From assembly GCA_964629615.1 (NCBI GenBank), contig CAZVUD010000005.1:1-51738 (forward strand): DNA of 51,738 bases. Reading direction: 5' to 3'. The position numbers were made by a program, and so were the translations under genes. The stretch comes from an uncultured Clostridium sp. (lineage in GTDB: Bacteria; Bacillota; Clostridia; Oscillospirales; CAG-272). How positions within the stretch are numbered: the stretch's first letter is position 1; every line of letters begins with the position of its first letter. Below the pieces are notes generated by a model that ran no database searches, was not told the DNA's origin, and worked only from the letters and a program-made list of their open reading frames with translations. Positions 1 to 10,429 of this stretch are shown in pieces.

Positions 1-55
1 AACCTATGACCCTCTGCTTGTAAGGCAGATGCTCTCCCAACTGAGCTATGCTCCC
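1..55 (-). tRNA. tRNA-Val(TAC), 3' end cut by window edge
   Basis: Reverse complement GGGAGCATAGCTCAGTTGGGAGAGCATCTGCCTTACAAGCAGAGGGTCATAGGTT: typical D-arm AGCTCAGTTGGGAGAGC, anticodon loop CTTACAA (TAC), start of T-arm GGTT. Confidence 0.95.
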
Positions 56-86
56 ATAGTTTGTCGCGCTCTCACACGACTCATTA

Positions 87-115
87 AGTATATCACAAAG
101 CGCTTGATTTGTCAA
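87..115 (-). promoter_or_regulatory. SigA promoter of tRNA-Val
   Basis: TTGACA (115-110), 17 bp, TATACT (92-87) with TGn extension. Confidence 0.8.
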
Positions 116-190
116 TACCTTTTTGAAAATTTTTTTGAGAAATTTTCCATTTTTAAATTAAGAAATGTCAACACCCTCAAAGTGTTTCAG

Positions 191-219
191 AAATGGGCGC
201 GCGCTTGCGCGCCCTATTT
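191..219 (-). terminator. Putative rho-independent terminator after rplS
   Basis: GC-rich imperfect hairpin GGGCGCGC-AA-GCGCGCGCCC just downstream of the rplS stop. Confidence 0.6.
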
Positions 220-241
220 CCACACTTATTGCAAAACCTGA

Positions 242-592
242 TTATTTTGCAGAGATGTTTTCCTTAACCTTAGAAGCCTTACCAACTCTTCCACGGAGAT
301 AGTAGAGCTTTGCACGTCTAACCTTACCCTTGCGGATAACGTCAACTGCAACTACGTTAGGAGAATGTACGGGGAATGTCTTTTCTACGCCGCATCCGTA
401 TGTGATACGTCTAACTGTGAAAGTAGAAGAAATGCCTGCCTCGTGCTTTGCGATAACAGTACCTTCGTACATCTGAATTCTCTCTCTTGTACCCTCAACG
501 ATCTTGTTGTGAACTCTTACTGTATCACCGATGTTGAACTGGGGCACTTCACTCTTTAACTGCTCGTTTACAAAAGCCTTAATAAGATCCAT
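242..592 (-). CDS. rplS: 50S ribosomal protein L19
   Basis: F-x-I-GDTVRV...ERIQxYEGxVIA...TFTVRR...GVEKTFP...[14 protein letters not shown]; start moved to ATG at 592 behind AAGGAGG. Confidence 0.98.
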   Translation of the reverse strand: MDLIKAFVNEQLKSEVPQFNIGDTVRVHNKIVEGTRERIQMYEGTVIAKHEAGISSTFTVRRITYGCGVEKTFPVHSPNVVAVDVIRKGKVRRAKLYYLRGRVGKASKVKENISAK

Positions 593-611
593 AATGGCCC
601 TCCTTGAAATC

Positions 612-646
612 CGGATGTTCATGCGAGCATTGCAGCGGACCACCCT
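612..646 (-). promoter_or_regulatory. L19 leader-like cis-regulatory RNA
   Basis: GGGTG GTCCGCTGC...GCATGAACATCC hairpin directly upstream of the rplS RBS; resembles the Firmicutes L19_leader as recalled. Confidence 0.7.
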
Positions 647-746
647 ACTTATTTGCGCATTATCAACACGCAAGGTGTATTATATCATATTTTTTTGCTT
701 TTTGCAATACTTTTCGCCCTAAAAAATATTAAGAAACCGTAAACAT

Positions 747-2174
747 TTAGCTCTTATTCAGCTTTTTTCGCCTGATGCCCGCTATTGCAGATCTCGCCGC
801 CGCGATTATATCCCTGCCGTTATAGACAAAGGATATGATCATTATGACAGCCGAAGCCGCCATTCCGTATATATTCGTACCGAAAAGCGTAACTGTCGCG
901 CATATGGAAAGCAACAGCAAGGTATTTACCGTACATTTCAATTTATATATATTGAAGTCTATAAGCTTCCTGACAGTAGCCGATCTTATTACAAATACCG
1001 CAAAATAGCTTATAAACGTGGCTACAGACGCGCCCATTGCACCGTATTTTGGAATGAACAACAGATTTAAAACTATATTTGCCACAGCGCCCACAAGAGA
1101 TGTATAGAGCGACATCTTGGTCTTCTTGACGGTGAAATACACAGAGCCGAGGAAGGTATCGAATGCCGTAAACACGGTTGCCACAGTTAGTATCGGGACG
1201 AATATCCACGCCTCCCTGAATTCCGCGGCAAAAAGTATACGCGATATTATCCAAGATCCGAAGCAAAGCGCAGTACCGCCCATGAACATGACAGCCTGAT
1301 AATACTTATAGATTTGGGAATAGAAATCGCTCCTTTCCCTCTCGTTATCCACATCGCTGACACAGGAGAGTCTCCATGCGTCATTGAATATCGTTACAAC
1401 ATAAGTGAGCAATGTGGGTATCTTATAAGCCACGGCGTAAAGTCCGTTTTCAGCCTCAGAGCGCATAAAAGCTACCATGTATCGGTCTGATACACCCGTG
1501 ATCCACCAGAAAACAGTAGATGGCACGAGCGGCAGGCAAAAGCGCAAAAGGTCCTTTATCACCGCAAAGCTGATCTTATCTATCTTTATCGCGCGGTACA
1601 GCCTTGCATAGAAAAAAACAAATACTGCGCTCAAAAGATCTCCGAGCAATATAGATACTACGTATCCCGTAACGCCAAGTTCAAAAGCCTTGAGAAGCAC
1701 TATATTGGACACAACGGTCACAGCGGTATTGAGTATTCCCTGAAACGCAAACAGCTTGGTCATTCCGATAGCACACACGTATTGCGTGCACACCGCGTGT
1801 ATATTTGAAGCAAGTATATATCCTACTATCAGTAAGATATACGGAGAAAATGTTTTTGATATCAGAAGTATCGGAGACAGGGCTGCAACAGCCGCCGTTC
1901 CGATGAGCATTATAAATGCTCCGTTTGTAAAAAAGGTTTCCTTATCGTTGCTTCCCTCAGCCGCTTCTCTGAATATTCCCTCGCCAACACCGAGAGCGGC
2001 GATGGGTATCAGAAGATTGCAAAGGTTGGTGATAAGATCCGCCGTACTGTACTGTGCCTTTGAAAGGCAGGAGGTATAGAACGGAAGCATGAATATCACG
2101 ATAAGCTTTGATACGAATTTTCCTATAGTGAATATCGCGGTATTAGATATAAGTCGGGTGTATTTTTCCTTCAT
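747..2174 (-). CDS. Polysaccharide flippase (Wzx/MOP superfamily)
   Basis: About 12-14 hydrophobic segments; LISNTAIFTIG...LPFYT, SDRYMV...GLYAVAYKIP, NIVLNLLFIPKYGAMGASVAT motifs. Confidence 0.85.
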   Translation of the reverse strand: MKEKYTRLISNTAIFTIGKFVSKLIVIFMLPFYTSCLSKAQYSTADLITNLCNLLIPIAALGVGEGIFREAAEGSNDKETFFTNGAFIMLIGTAAVAALSPILLISKTFSPYILLIVGYILASNIHAVCTQYVCAIGMTKLFAFQGILNTAVTVVSNIVLLKAFELGVTGYVVSILLGDLLSAVFVFFYARLYRAIKIDKISFAVIKDLLRFCLPLVPSTVFWWITGVSDRYMVAFMRSEAENGLYAVAYKIPTLLTYVVTIFNDAWRLSCVSDVDNERERSDFYSQIYKYYQAVMFMGGTALCFGSWIISRILFAAEFREAWIFVPILTVATVFTAFDTFLGSVYFTVKKTKMSLYTSLVGAVANIVLNLLFIPKYGAMGASVATFISYFAVFVIRSATVRKLIDFNIYKLKCTVNTLLLLSICATVTLFGTNIYGMAASAVIMIISFVYNGRDIIAAARSAIAGIRRKKLNKS

Positions 2175-2210
2175 AGATCACTCCCACAAAATAGCTGAAT
2201 TAGAGATAAA

Positions 2211-2243
2211 TTGAAAGCCGCACGAAAATAAGGCGGCTTTCAA
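2211..2243. terminator. Terminator hairpin after yebC
   Basis: TTGAAAGCCGC...GCGGCTTTCAA 11-bp inverted repeat. Confidence 0.7.
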
Positions 2244-2254
2244 AAGTAAAAATA

Positions 2255-2980
2255 TTACTGCTCCCAGTTATGGTACACTTCCATAACATCATCGTCCTCT
2301 TCAAGCTTTTCTATAAGGAGAGTCATAAACTTTATATCATCCTCATTTGTAAGCTCAATGGTAGTAGAGGGGATCTTTGCCTTTTCAGCCGATGCAAATG
2401 TGTAACCTGCCTGTGCAAGTGCATCTGCAATAGCATAAACATCCTCGGGAACGGTGTATATCTCAAACACGCCGTCCTCGCCCATAAAGTCTTCAGCGCC
2501 TGCCTCAAGAGCGGTTTCCATGAGCTTGTCCTCGTCTATCTCTCCGTCCTCATCCTCAATAACGATGAGTCCCTTTTCTTCAAACATGAAGCCTACACAG
2601 CCCGTCTGTCCCATATTGCCGTGATACTTTGAAAAATATGAGCGCACATTGCCTGCCGTCCTGTTTCTGTTGTCCGTTGTAGCCTCAACTATAACTGCAA
2701 CGCCTGCAGGGCCGTATCCCTCGTAAACTACGGATTCATAGGATTCACCCGTGCCGCCGAGAGCCTTCTTTATAGTTCTCTCGATATTGTCGTTGGGAAC
2801 GTTATTGGCTTTTGCCTTCTGTATAAGATCGCGGAGCTTTGAGTTAGATGTGGGATCTCCGCCACCTTCCTTTACAGCTATGGTGATCTCTTTACCTATC
2901 TTTGTAAACACCTTTGCTCTTGCCGAGTCTGTTTTTTCCTTCTTGTGCTTTATGTTAGCCCATTTGCTATGTCCTGACAT
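2255..2980 (-). CDS. yebC: YebC/PmpR family protein
   Basis: MSGHSKWANIKHKK, YEGYGPAGVA, TDNRNRT, LEEDDDV..VYHN. Confidence 0.97.
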   Translation of the reverse strand: MSGHSKWANIKHKKEKTDSARAKVFTKIGKEITIAVKEGGGDPTSNSKLRDLIQKAKANNVPNDNIERTIKKALGGTGESYESVVYEGYGPAGVAVIVEATTDNRNRTAGNVRSYFSKYHGNMGQTGCVGFMFEEKGLIVIEDEDGEIDEDKLMETALEAGAEDFMGEDGVFEIYTVPEDVYAIADALAQAGYTFASAEKAKIPSTTIELTNEDDIKFMTLLIEKLEEDDDVMEVYHNWEQ

Positions 2981-3021
2981 AATTATGATCCTCCGAAATT
3001 GTATGTAATATTATTTTTAAC

Positions 3022-4758
3022 TTATATTCTTTCTGTCTTTTTAAGGCAGATAAGCTCAAACGCAGAACCAAGCACATATTTTGTGGCTCTTGTGAGCATT
3101 ATTCTCGTGCTTCTGATACTTTCATCATTACATGAAAGTATCTGGCAGGAATGATAGAATTTATTAAATGCAGACGCGATATCAAGTATATATCTTGCAA
3201 TAACCGAGGGCTCGTAATCGCGTATAGCCGTCCTTACCTTCTCCTCATACTGCGCAAGCACCTTTACAAGTGCGCTCTCCTCTTCGCATGTGATGCAGGG
3301 CTCTGTATCACTGCAGTCTCCTGCTCTCTCAAGCAATGAGCATGCGCGCGCATAGGTGTACTGAACATACGGTCCCGTATTTCCGTCAAAGCTGAGTGCT
3401 TCTTCAAGCACAAAATTGATATCCTTTATGCGATTGTTTGAAAGATAGTAGAATACTACAGCACCAACGCCTACTGCCTCTGCGATATCCTCGCGTCCGT
3501 GAAGCTCGGGGTTCTTTTCTTCCATGATTGCTGTTACCTTCTCTATTGCAAGAGCGAAGAGATCCTTGAGCAATACGACATTACCTGTTCTCGTTGCAAG
3601 CTTTGCGCCGTTTACGGACACTGTACCGTAGGGCACATGCACAAGCTCGTCATACCAATCATAGCCCATAAGCTCAAGTACCTTGAACCACTGCTTGAAG
3701 TGCAGTATCTGCTGTGTGCTTGTGACATATATCGCCTTGTCAAATCCGTAATGCTCTTTTCTGTATACAGCCGCCGCGATATCTCTTGTAGGATAAAGAG
3801 TTGAGCCGTCGCGCTTAAGTATGAGGCAGGGCGGCATGCCGTATTCTTCAAGATCAACTATGGACGCGCCGTCGTCTATCTTTAAAAGATCCATCTGACG
3901 CAGCTTTTCTACCTGCGCGGGCATCTTGTCCGTATAGAAGCTCTCACCCTTGTAGCTGTCAAAGGTTATACCAAGCTGCTTATATGTCTTTTCATATTCT
4001 TCAAGGCTGATCTTTACGAACCACTTCCAAAGAGAAATATTCTCATCGTCGCCTATCTCCATCTTATGGAATTCAGCTCTTGCCTGATCTGCAAGGTCAG
4101 GTCTTGGAGCAATGCCTTTTTCCTCATCACCCGAGATAGTGTTGTTTATGCGAACATAAAGCTCAACAAGCTTATCAATTCCGCCCTGCTCTATCTGCTC
4201 CTTGTCGCCCCAAAGCTTGTACGCAACTATGAGCTTACCAAACTGAGTTCCCCAGTCGCCGAGATAATTTATGCCTATGCACTTATATCCTGCAAATTCA
4301 TGGAGCTTCTTAAGGGAATGACCAATGACAGTAGTTCCGAGATGTCCGATATGGAAAGGCTTTGCAACATTAGGCGAGGAATAGTCCAGAACGACCGTCT
4401 TGCCCTCTCCGAGAGATGTGGGAGCGCCGTAGCTCTCCTTTTTGCAAAGTATCTCGGGAATAATATTCTTTGCAAGATATTCGTTAGATATTCTTATATT
4501 GAGATATCCGTTTACAGCCTCAGCACTCTTTATGCATTCACCGTGCAGATCTGCACTTATTGCATCTGCTATCATCACAGGTGAGCGGCGAAGCGCCTTT
4601 GAAAGCTTGAAGCAAGGAAACGCAAGATCTCCCATGGTCGTATCGGGAGGATATTCAAGCATTGCAGCTATATCGTCCGAAGTAAGGGGCGCGTTCTCAT
4701 TGATCTTCAAAACTTCATTTAAAATGTCCTCTGAGATCTTCTTTTTGATGTTAAGCAT
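3022..4758 (-). CDS. argS: Arginine--tRNA ligase
   Basis: DYSSPNVAKPFHIGH (HIGH motif), GDWGTQFG, GNTGPYVQYTYAR. Confidence 0.97.
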   Translation of the reverse strand: MLNIKKKISEDILNEVLKINENAPLTSDDIAAMLEYPPDTTMGDLAFPCFKLSKALRRSPVMIADAISADLHGECIKSAEAVNGYLNIRISNEYLAKNIIPEILCKKESYGAPTSLGEGKTVVLDYSSPNVAKPFHIGHLGTTVIGHSLKKLHEFAGYKCIGINYLGDWGTQFGKLIVAYKLWGDKEQIEQGGIDKLVELYVRINNTISGDEEKGIAPRPDLADQARAEFHKMEIGDDENISLWKWFVKISLEEYEKTYKQLGITFDSYKGESFYTDKMPAQVEKLRQMDLLKIDDGASIVDLEEYGMPPCLILKRDGSTLYPTRDIAAAVYRKEHYGFDKAIYVTSTQQILHFKQWFKVLELMGYDWYDELVHVPYGTVSVNGAKLATRTGNVVLLKDLFALAIEKVTAIMEEKNPELHGREDIAEAVGVGAVVFYYLSNNRIKDINFVLEEALSFDGNTGPYVQYTYARACSLLERAGDCSDTEPCITCEEESALVKVLAQYEEKVRTAIRDYEPSVIARYILDIASAFNKFYHSCQILSCNDESIRSTRIMLTRATKYVLGSAFELICLKKTERI

Positions 4759-4840
4759 TATATATTCTCCGTTTTAAATATTTTCAAGTATATATTTTTT
4801 CAAAAGCCAAGCTTTATTATACCACGAACTGACAATTTTT

Positions 4841-6529
4841 TCAATACATATCCGCAATATTTTTCAGATCACCGTCTGCAAGCATATCCACAGCCGCCTG
4901 TATCTGCGCCTCTGTTATGTTTATGCCTCCGAGTATCCTTGCGGTCTCCATGATCCTTCCGTCTCGTTCAAGCATAACGCATTCAGTCTGAGCTCTGCCC
5001 ATGACCTCATTCTTCTTTATAAGGTAATGGCGATCCGCAAGCGTTGCTATCTGAGCCGAATGGGTTACGGATATCACCTGCGTTTTACGTGACACGTCCT
5101 TGAGCTTAATGCCGATCTTTCTTGACGTTTTTCCCGATATTCCCGTATCTATCTCGTCATACACCGTGCATCCGATGCCGTCCTTTTCATTCATTACGCA
5201 CCTGAGAGCAAGTGTGATCCTTGACATCTCGCCACCAGAAACTATCCTATCCATGGGAAGCATCGCCTCGCCCGGATTTGTTGCGATAAGAAAGCTCACC
5301 TTGTCACGTCCGTGCTCATTGAGCTCATCCTCTGTCACGCTGATATCAAAGCAAACGCTTGGCATATCAAGAAATCGGAGCACCGAAAGCATCTCCTTGC
5401 TTGCTGATATTGCGGCGCTCTTGCGCTTTTCTGTAATGCGCGATGCGATCGCACAGGCTTTTTTCACAAGCTCGGAAAGCTTTTTCTGCCATTTATCCGC
5501 AATCTCCTCGGAATTATCTATCTCATCAAGCCGCTCTGCGGCAGTCTGCCTGAATCGCAGTATTTCCGAAATGCTGTCGCCGTATCTTTTTTTAAGCGAG
5601 GATATGAGCGACAATCTCGCCTGTATCTCGTCTATACGTTCCGTAGGATCGCCCTCAAGAGCATCCAAATGCTCCTTTATGCATTCAGCTATATCGTCTA
5701 TCTCGTAGCTCATGTCAGTGAGCCTTGCGGAATATTCCTTCATCTCAGGAATGATATCGGAGATCAGCGAAAGTGCCGATGCCGAGCGCGACAGAAGATA
5801 CGCCGCATTTCCCTTTTCCGCACCGCGAAGAGCCTTGTAGGCAAAGCTTACCTGTTTATTTATCTTTTCAGCTCCGCACAGCCTTAAAAGCTCCTGCTCC
5901 AGCTTTTCCTCTTCTCCTGCGCGCAGCTTTTTGGAATCTATGTCATTGATCTGATAGCGGAGCATGTCTCTCTCTCTTGCCACAGATGCGTCCGACGCAA
6001 GTATCTTATTTAATCTTGCGCGCACTTCGCATATCTCGCTGTAGAGAGTACTGTATTCTTCCTTTTCGGGGATATCTCCCATATAGGAATCCAGCATTGG
6101 TATATATACTTCCTCGCGATACAGCTCCCTGCCCTCATCCTGCGAGCAGACCGATAAGAGCAGCTTGCCGACCTGCCTTTGCAATGTCCTTGTAACGCTC
6201 TTGCCGTTTATCCTTGCGCGGAGCTTTCCGTCACTTGACATGGTACATCTTATAATGACCTCTCCGTCAGGGCATTCTATACCGTTGTCTGAAAGGATAG
6301 ACATGACATTTCCGCCGACATTTTCAAAGCAAGCCTCGACAACTCCCTCATCCTCTCCGTATCTGACACAGTCGCGCGATATCTTTTCTCCCGCTATAAG
6401 CGACAAGCAATCTATGATCACGGATTTACCCGAGCCTGTTTCGCCCGTCAGCACGGTAAACCCGTCATACATATGTATATCGGCATTTTTTATCACGGCG
6501 ATATTTTCAATATGCAGATCTCTCAGCAT
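4841..6529 (-). CDS. recN: DNA repair protein RecN
   Basis: Walker A TGETGSGKS, coiled coil, SGGEMSR signature, DEIDTGISG, VTHSAQIA. Confidence 0.96.
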   Translation of the reverse strand: MLRDLHIENIAVIKNADIHMYDGFTVLTGETGSGKSVIIDCLSLIAGEKISRDCVRYGEDEGVVEACFENVGGNVMSILSDNGIECPDGEVIIRCTMSSDGKLRARINGKSVTRTLQRQVGKLLLSVCSQDEGRELYREEVYIPMLDSYMGDIPEKEEYSTLYSEICEVRARLNKILASDASVARERDMLRYQINDIDSKKLRAGEEEKLEQELLRLCGAEKINKQVSFAYKALRGAEKGNAAYLLSRSASALSLISDIIPEMKEYSARLTDMSYEIDDIAECIKEHLDALEGDPTERIDEIQARLSLISSLKKRYGDSISEILRFRQTAAERLDEIDNSEEIADKWQKKLSELVKKACAIASRITEKRKSAAISASKEMLSVLRFLDMPSVCFDISVTEDELNEHGRDKVSFLIATNPGEAMLPMDRIVSGGEMSRITLALRCVMNEKDGIGCTVYDEIDTGISGKTSRKIGIKLKDVSRKTQVISVTHSAQIATLADRHYLIKKNEVMGRAQTECVMLERDGRIMETARILGGINITEAQIQAAVDMLADGDLKNIADMY

Positions 6530-6536
6530 GGCAATA

Positions 6537-6998
6537 TCATTTTCCCGAGAGCAGCTCTCTGAAGCCCTCGCACAGTCCGCATGCGCTGTCTGTATCCTTC
6601 ATGACCGCTATAAGTGTATCGTCGCCTGCAACACAGCCAAGCATGTTTTCTATCTCTCTGCGTTCTATCTCTATGGCTACCGCATTGCTCATTCCCGGAA
6701 CTGTTCTTACCACAACTATATTCTGTGCGTAATCAACACTTACGAGAGATGAGAGCAAGGCATTGCCAAAATTGGAATTTTTCTTTTTTTCTCCCTGCGC
6801 GTGTGACGACACCGTGTATTTATAAGTGCCTCTTTGCGTAGATACCTTTATAAGATCAAGCTCTCTTATATCTCGCGATACCGTTGCCTGAGTCACATAA
6901 TAATCCTCTGCCTTAAGTAATTCTATAAGCTCATCCTGAGTTTCGACCTCGTACTTTGAGATGAGCTCCAGCACCTTCATCTGTCTGTTCTTCTTCAT
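6537..6998 (-). CDS. argR: Arginine repressor
   Basis: TQDEL...VTQATVSRDIREL; C-terminal GCVAGDDT; start at ATG 6998. Confidence 0.96.
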   Translation of the reverse strand: MKKNRQMKVLELISKYEVETQDELIELLKAEDYYVTQATVSRDIRELDLIKVSTQRGTYKYTVSSHAQGEKKKNSNFGNALLSSLVSVDYAQNIVVVRTVPGMSNAVAIEIERREIENMLGCVAGDDTLIAVMKDTDSACGLCEGFRELLSGK

Positions 6999-7029
6999 TT
7001 TAAGATAGTGACCTCCCAACTGATACCTG

Positions 7030-7914
7030 TTATTTTTCGTTCATTTTGATCCTGAGCTTTGTATAGAACTTACTTTCCTTAAGACTTATAAACTGCGTCC
7101 TGAGCTCTGATTTTGTTATCCTTACGCTCTCACCGCGATAAAGTTCATAATTCAGCCTGCCGTCCACAGTAAGGTACAGTATCTTTTCTCTCTGGCATAT
7201 ATTTTTAATGTCAATAACGGCAAAATCAGGAAATACCAGCGGCTTTGACGAAAGTGAATGCGGACATATGGGCGTTACGCAAAAGCATCCCAATCTCGGG
7301 TCTACTATTGCACCGCCTGCCGCCATGGAATACGCCGTGGATCCTGTAGGCGTTGCCACGACTATACCGTCCGAGCGATATGTTGCAATGGGAACTCCGC
7401 CCTCTGACAGCTCAAGATCGACTATTCTCGATATAGATCCGTTGGTTATCGCCGCATCGTTGAGCGCAAAGCTTGATGTACGCACGCTTCCGTGAGTATT
7501 TACAATGGATACCTCAAGCATGGATCTCTCTTCAACCGAATAATCGCCGTTCACCATTCTTTCAAGCATATCCAATTCATCAGGCTCTATCTCTGCCATA
7601 AATCCCACACGTCCGAGATTTATGCCGAGCACGAGAGTGCCGTGCGCGGCAGAGCGACGTGCCGACTCAAGTATCGTGCCGTCGCCTCCGAGAACGACTG
7701 CGGCATCAACATATGAATATATGCTGTCTATAGGCAAAAAGGTAAATCTCACCGCCGAGCGGTTCATTCGGATTATCTTTTCCTTATTGAAAACGGATGC
7801 CACCACCTCACAGCCGAGCTCTGAGAGCTTTTTGGCTACGTTCATGGCAACTACCGCCTTATCATATATATTGTAGTTGGTTATTACCGCTACTTTTTTT
7901 ATCTTTTTAGACAT
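7030..7914 (-). CDS. nadK: NAD kinase
   Basis: LGGDGTIL, GINLGRVGF, ALND, DGIVVATPTGSTAYSMAAGG; GGAGG before ATG 7914. Confidence 0.96.
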   Translation of the reverse strand: MSKKIKKVAVITNYNIYDKAVVAMNVAKKLSELGCEVVASVFNKEKIIRMNRSAVRFTFLPIDSIYSYVDAAVVLGGDGTILESARRSAAHGTLVLGINLGRVGFMAEIEPDELDMLERMVNGDYSVEERSMLEVSIVNTHGSVRTSSFALNDAAITNGSISRIVDLELSEGGVPIATYRSDGIVVATPTGSTAYSMAAGGAIVDPRLGCFCVTPICPHSLSSKPLVFPDFAVIDIKNICQREKILYLTVDGRLNYELYRGESVRITKSELRTQFISLKESKFYTKLRIKMNEK

Positions 7915-7968
7915 AATATCCTCCACAATGCATCATTCATTTTATGCCTGCATGTAAGCATAAAGGGG

Positions 7969-8748
7969 TCATTGGCATATCTGACTTATCTTATCTGTAT
8001 TTTCCAAGGATAAACGAACATCGCTCTCATCACGGCTCTTTTTGAAATATGCAAGATATTCCGTGTTTCCGTCGCCCCCGAGTATGGGCGACACCGTCAT
8101 TCCCATAAGGCACAACCCGTGCTCTTGTGCACACATGCATACACGTGTAGCCGCCGCGCGTCGTGATGCGGCGTCCTTTACGATGCCGCCCTTGCCGAGC
8201 GCCGCTCTGCCTGCCTCAAATTGGGGCTTTATAAGGCTTATAAATATTCCGCCGTCTGAGATGACATTCACAAGCGACGGTATTATAAGAGTTTGGGATA
8301 TAAATGAAACGTCCATGACCGCACCGTCAAATATACCGATATCCGACGATATATTTCTCGCGTTGTACCCTTCAATGGAGCGCACCCTCGGGTCAAGGAG
8401 CAATTTTTCATGAAGCTGTCCTCTGCCTGAATCTACGCAAAGCACGCTTGCCGCGCCTCTTTGAAGCAAGCAATCTGTAAAGCCGCCCGTTGAAGCACCG
8501 ACATCTATCATGTTAAGACCCTCGACCGAAACAGAAAAAGCATCAAGCGCTCCTTCAAGCTTATATCCGCCACGTCCCACAAATCTCTCATTGTCACTCA
8601 CCTCTACCAAGGCATCCGCAGGCACATCAAAAGACGGCTTTGTGACAACGCATCCGTCCACGGTAACACAACATGACGATATCAGCTTTTCAGCTCTCGT
8701 GCGTGACGGTGCAAGTCCCATCTCGGCAATATATCTGTCAAGCCGCAT
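7969..8748 (-). CDS. tlyA: TlyA family rRNA methyltransferase (S4 + FtsJ-like)
   Basis: MRLD...SR..A, FVGRGGYKL, DVGASTGGFTDCLLQRGA, DVSFIS, LIKPQFEAG, SPILGGDGNTEYL. Confidence 0.95.
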   Translation of the reverse strand: MRLDRYIAEMGLAPSRTRAEKLISSCCVTVDGCVVTKPSFDVPADALVEVSDNERFVGRGGYKLEGALDAFSVSVEGLNMIDVGASTGGFTDCLLQRGAASVLCVDSGRGQLHEKLLLDPRVRSIEGYNARNISSDIGIFDGAVMDVSFISQTLIIPSLVNVISDGGIFISLIKPQFEAGRAALGKGGIVKDAASRRAAATRVCMCAQEHGLCLMGMTVSPILGGDGNTEYLAYFKKSRDESDVRLSLENTDKISQICQ

Positions 8749-9229
8749 AGCAAGCAAATACGGGTATATAGCTCATGGCAACAGCGCACACGATACCGAC
8801 AAAGCCGCCGATAAATACCTGAAGCGGCGTGTGACCCACAAGATCCTTGTGTACCTTTCTCAGCCTCTCGCCATCATCCTCGCCCTTTGAGCTCTGGAAT
8901 TCCTTGATTATCATATTAAGTGTCTTTGCATGCTCACCAACTTCTCTGCGTATTCCCATAGCATCACGCATGACAACTATGGTAAGCACTGAGGCTATAG
9001 CAAACTGCGAAGAATTAAATCCGCAGGCTATCGCGCATGATGTCGCAAGTGCGCATACCGCCGCGGAATGCGACGATGGCATGCCGCCTGTTCCGAAGAA
9101 CAGGGCTGTGAGCGAAAAGTGTCTTGCCTTGAACACTCCCGTAAAGCACTTGATCATCTGGGCTATGAACCAACCCGTAACGGCGCTTATAAGTATATAA
9201 TTTGTCACTATGTCCTTTAACCAATCCAT
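8738..9229 (-). CDS. Divergent PAP2 family protein (DUF212-like)
   Basis: GGMPSSHSA, VMRDAMGIRR..G.HA..LN, GHTPLQV. Confidence 0.92.
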   Translation of the reverse strand: MDWLKDIVTNYILISAVTGWFIAQMIKCFTGVFKARHFSLTALFFGTGGMPSSHSAAVCALATSCAIACGFNSSQFAIASVLTIVVMRDAMGIRREVGEHAKTLNMIIKEFQSSKGEDDGERLRKVHKDLVGHTPLQVFIGGFVGIVCAVAMSYIPVFACYAA

Positions 9230-9265
9230 CAGATCTTATCTTCCTCCGAGTAATGCCGTATAGAT

Positions 9266-10192
9266 CTATCTTTTACGGTAGCAAAGATATCTCGCAAGCG
9301 CGCGAAGTCTGTCGCAACCGTAAAATCCGTCTATAGCCTCAATAGCCTCTTGTGTATATCTTTCGGCACATTCAAGCGCCTGCGACGGTGTGAAATATGT
9401 CATAAAGGTAGTTTTGTCACCGTCACTTCTGACTCCCTTGCCCATCTCCTCGCTCGTTGAGGTAGCATCCAGCATATCATCTATTATCTGAAATACAAGA
9501 CCTATCTTTTGGGCGTATGAGGTAAGCTTTTCCATTCTCTCATCATTCGGCTCTACACCTGCGGCTATCGCACCAAGCTGTACAGATGCGCATATAAGAG
9601 CACCCGTTTTTCCGAGATGTAGAGAAATGAGATCCTCTATCGGGAGCTTATGCTCCTCGCCGTACATATCCATAGCCTGACCCTTGACCATGCCAAAGCT
9701 TCCTGCGGCAGAGGCAAGTATGCCACACGCCGCCGCGGCGCAATCTCCGCTCACATGCGGATTCATGGCGCATTCAAAAAATGCATCTGTCAGCAGTCCG
9801 TCACCTGCAAGCGTGGCGTATGCCTCGCCGAACACCTTGTGATTTGAGGGCTTACCGCGCCTCATGTCGTCATCATCCATGCACGGAAGATCGTCATGTA
9901 TAAGCGAATAGGTGTGCACCATCTCTATCGCAAGCGCAAACGGCATAGCCGCCTCAATATCTCCGCCAAGGACATTGCAGACCTCAAGCGTCAGCGAAGG
10001 ACGTATCCTTTTTCCGCCTGCGGAAAGGCTGTACAGTTGACTTTCATAGAGTTTTTTTGAGCACTCGTCCATGTCTGCCGTGCCGCTGTATTTATCTTGT
10101 ATGGCTCTGTTTATAAGCTCGGAATACTCCTTTAGCATACCAAGAGCCAGCTCTTTGTCATTCTTTATATCCATTATATCATCCAAGCGCAT
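9266..10192 (-). CDS. ispA: Polyprenyl (farnesyl/geranyl) diphosphate synthase
   Basis: GGKRIRP, HTYSLIHDDLPCMDDDDMRRGKP, GQAMD, KTGAL, FQIIDDMLD. Confidence 0.95.
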   Translation of the reverse strand: MRLDDIMDIKNDKELALGMLKEYSELINRAIQDKYSGTADMDECSKKLYESQLYSLSAGGKRIRPSLTLEVCNVLGGDIEAAMPFALAIEMVHTYSLIHDDLPCMDDDDMRRGKPSNHKVFGEAYATLAGDGLLTDAFFECAMNPHVSGDCAAAACGILASAAGSFGMVKGQAMDMYGEEHKLPIEDLISLHLGKTGALICASVQLGAIAAGVEPNDERMEKLTSYAQKIGLVFQIIDDMLDATSTSEEMGKGVRSDGDKTTFMTYFTPSQALECAERYTQEAIEAIDGFYGCDRLRALARYLCYRKR

Positions 10193-10421
10193 CGGGATCG
10201 ATATCTTCCTCGCGTATCTCTCCGTCAGACCCTCTCGTCAGTATTTTGATCTTTCTGTCGGTATCCGAAAGCTCCTTGTTACATTTTGCCACGAGCTTCA
10301 TACCCTCCTCATACAGCTTAAGGGACTCACTGAGGGACATCTTCTCGTCCTCAAGCATATCAACTATCTCTTCAAGCCTAAGGCAGGATTCCTCAAAGCT
10401 CATCTTCTTTTTCTCAGCCAT
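10179..10421 (-). CDS. xseB: Exodeoxyribonuclease VII small subunit
   Basis: SFEE...RLEEIV..LE...LSESLKLYEEGMKL...C; downstream of xseA. Confidence 0.95.
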   Translation of the reverse strand: MAEKKKMSFEESCLRLEEIVDMLEDEKMSLSESLKLYEEGMKLVAKCNKELSDTDRKIKILTRGSDGEIREEDIDPDALG

Positions 10422-10429
10422 ATATAACC

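Noticed and set aside
4759-4840. T-box riboswitch before argS (and before cysE)
   Set aside because: Intergenic spaces are too short and no T-box consensus was seen.
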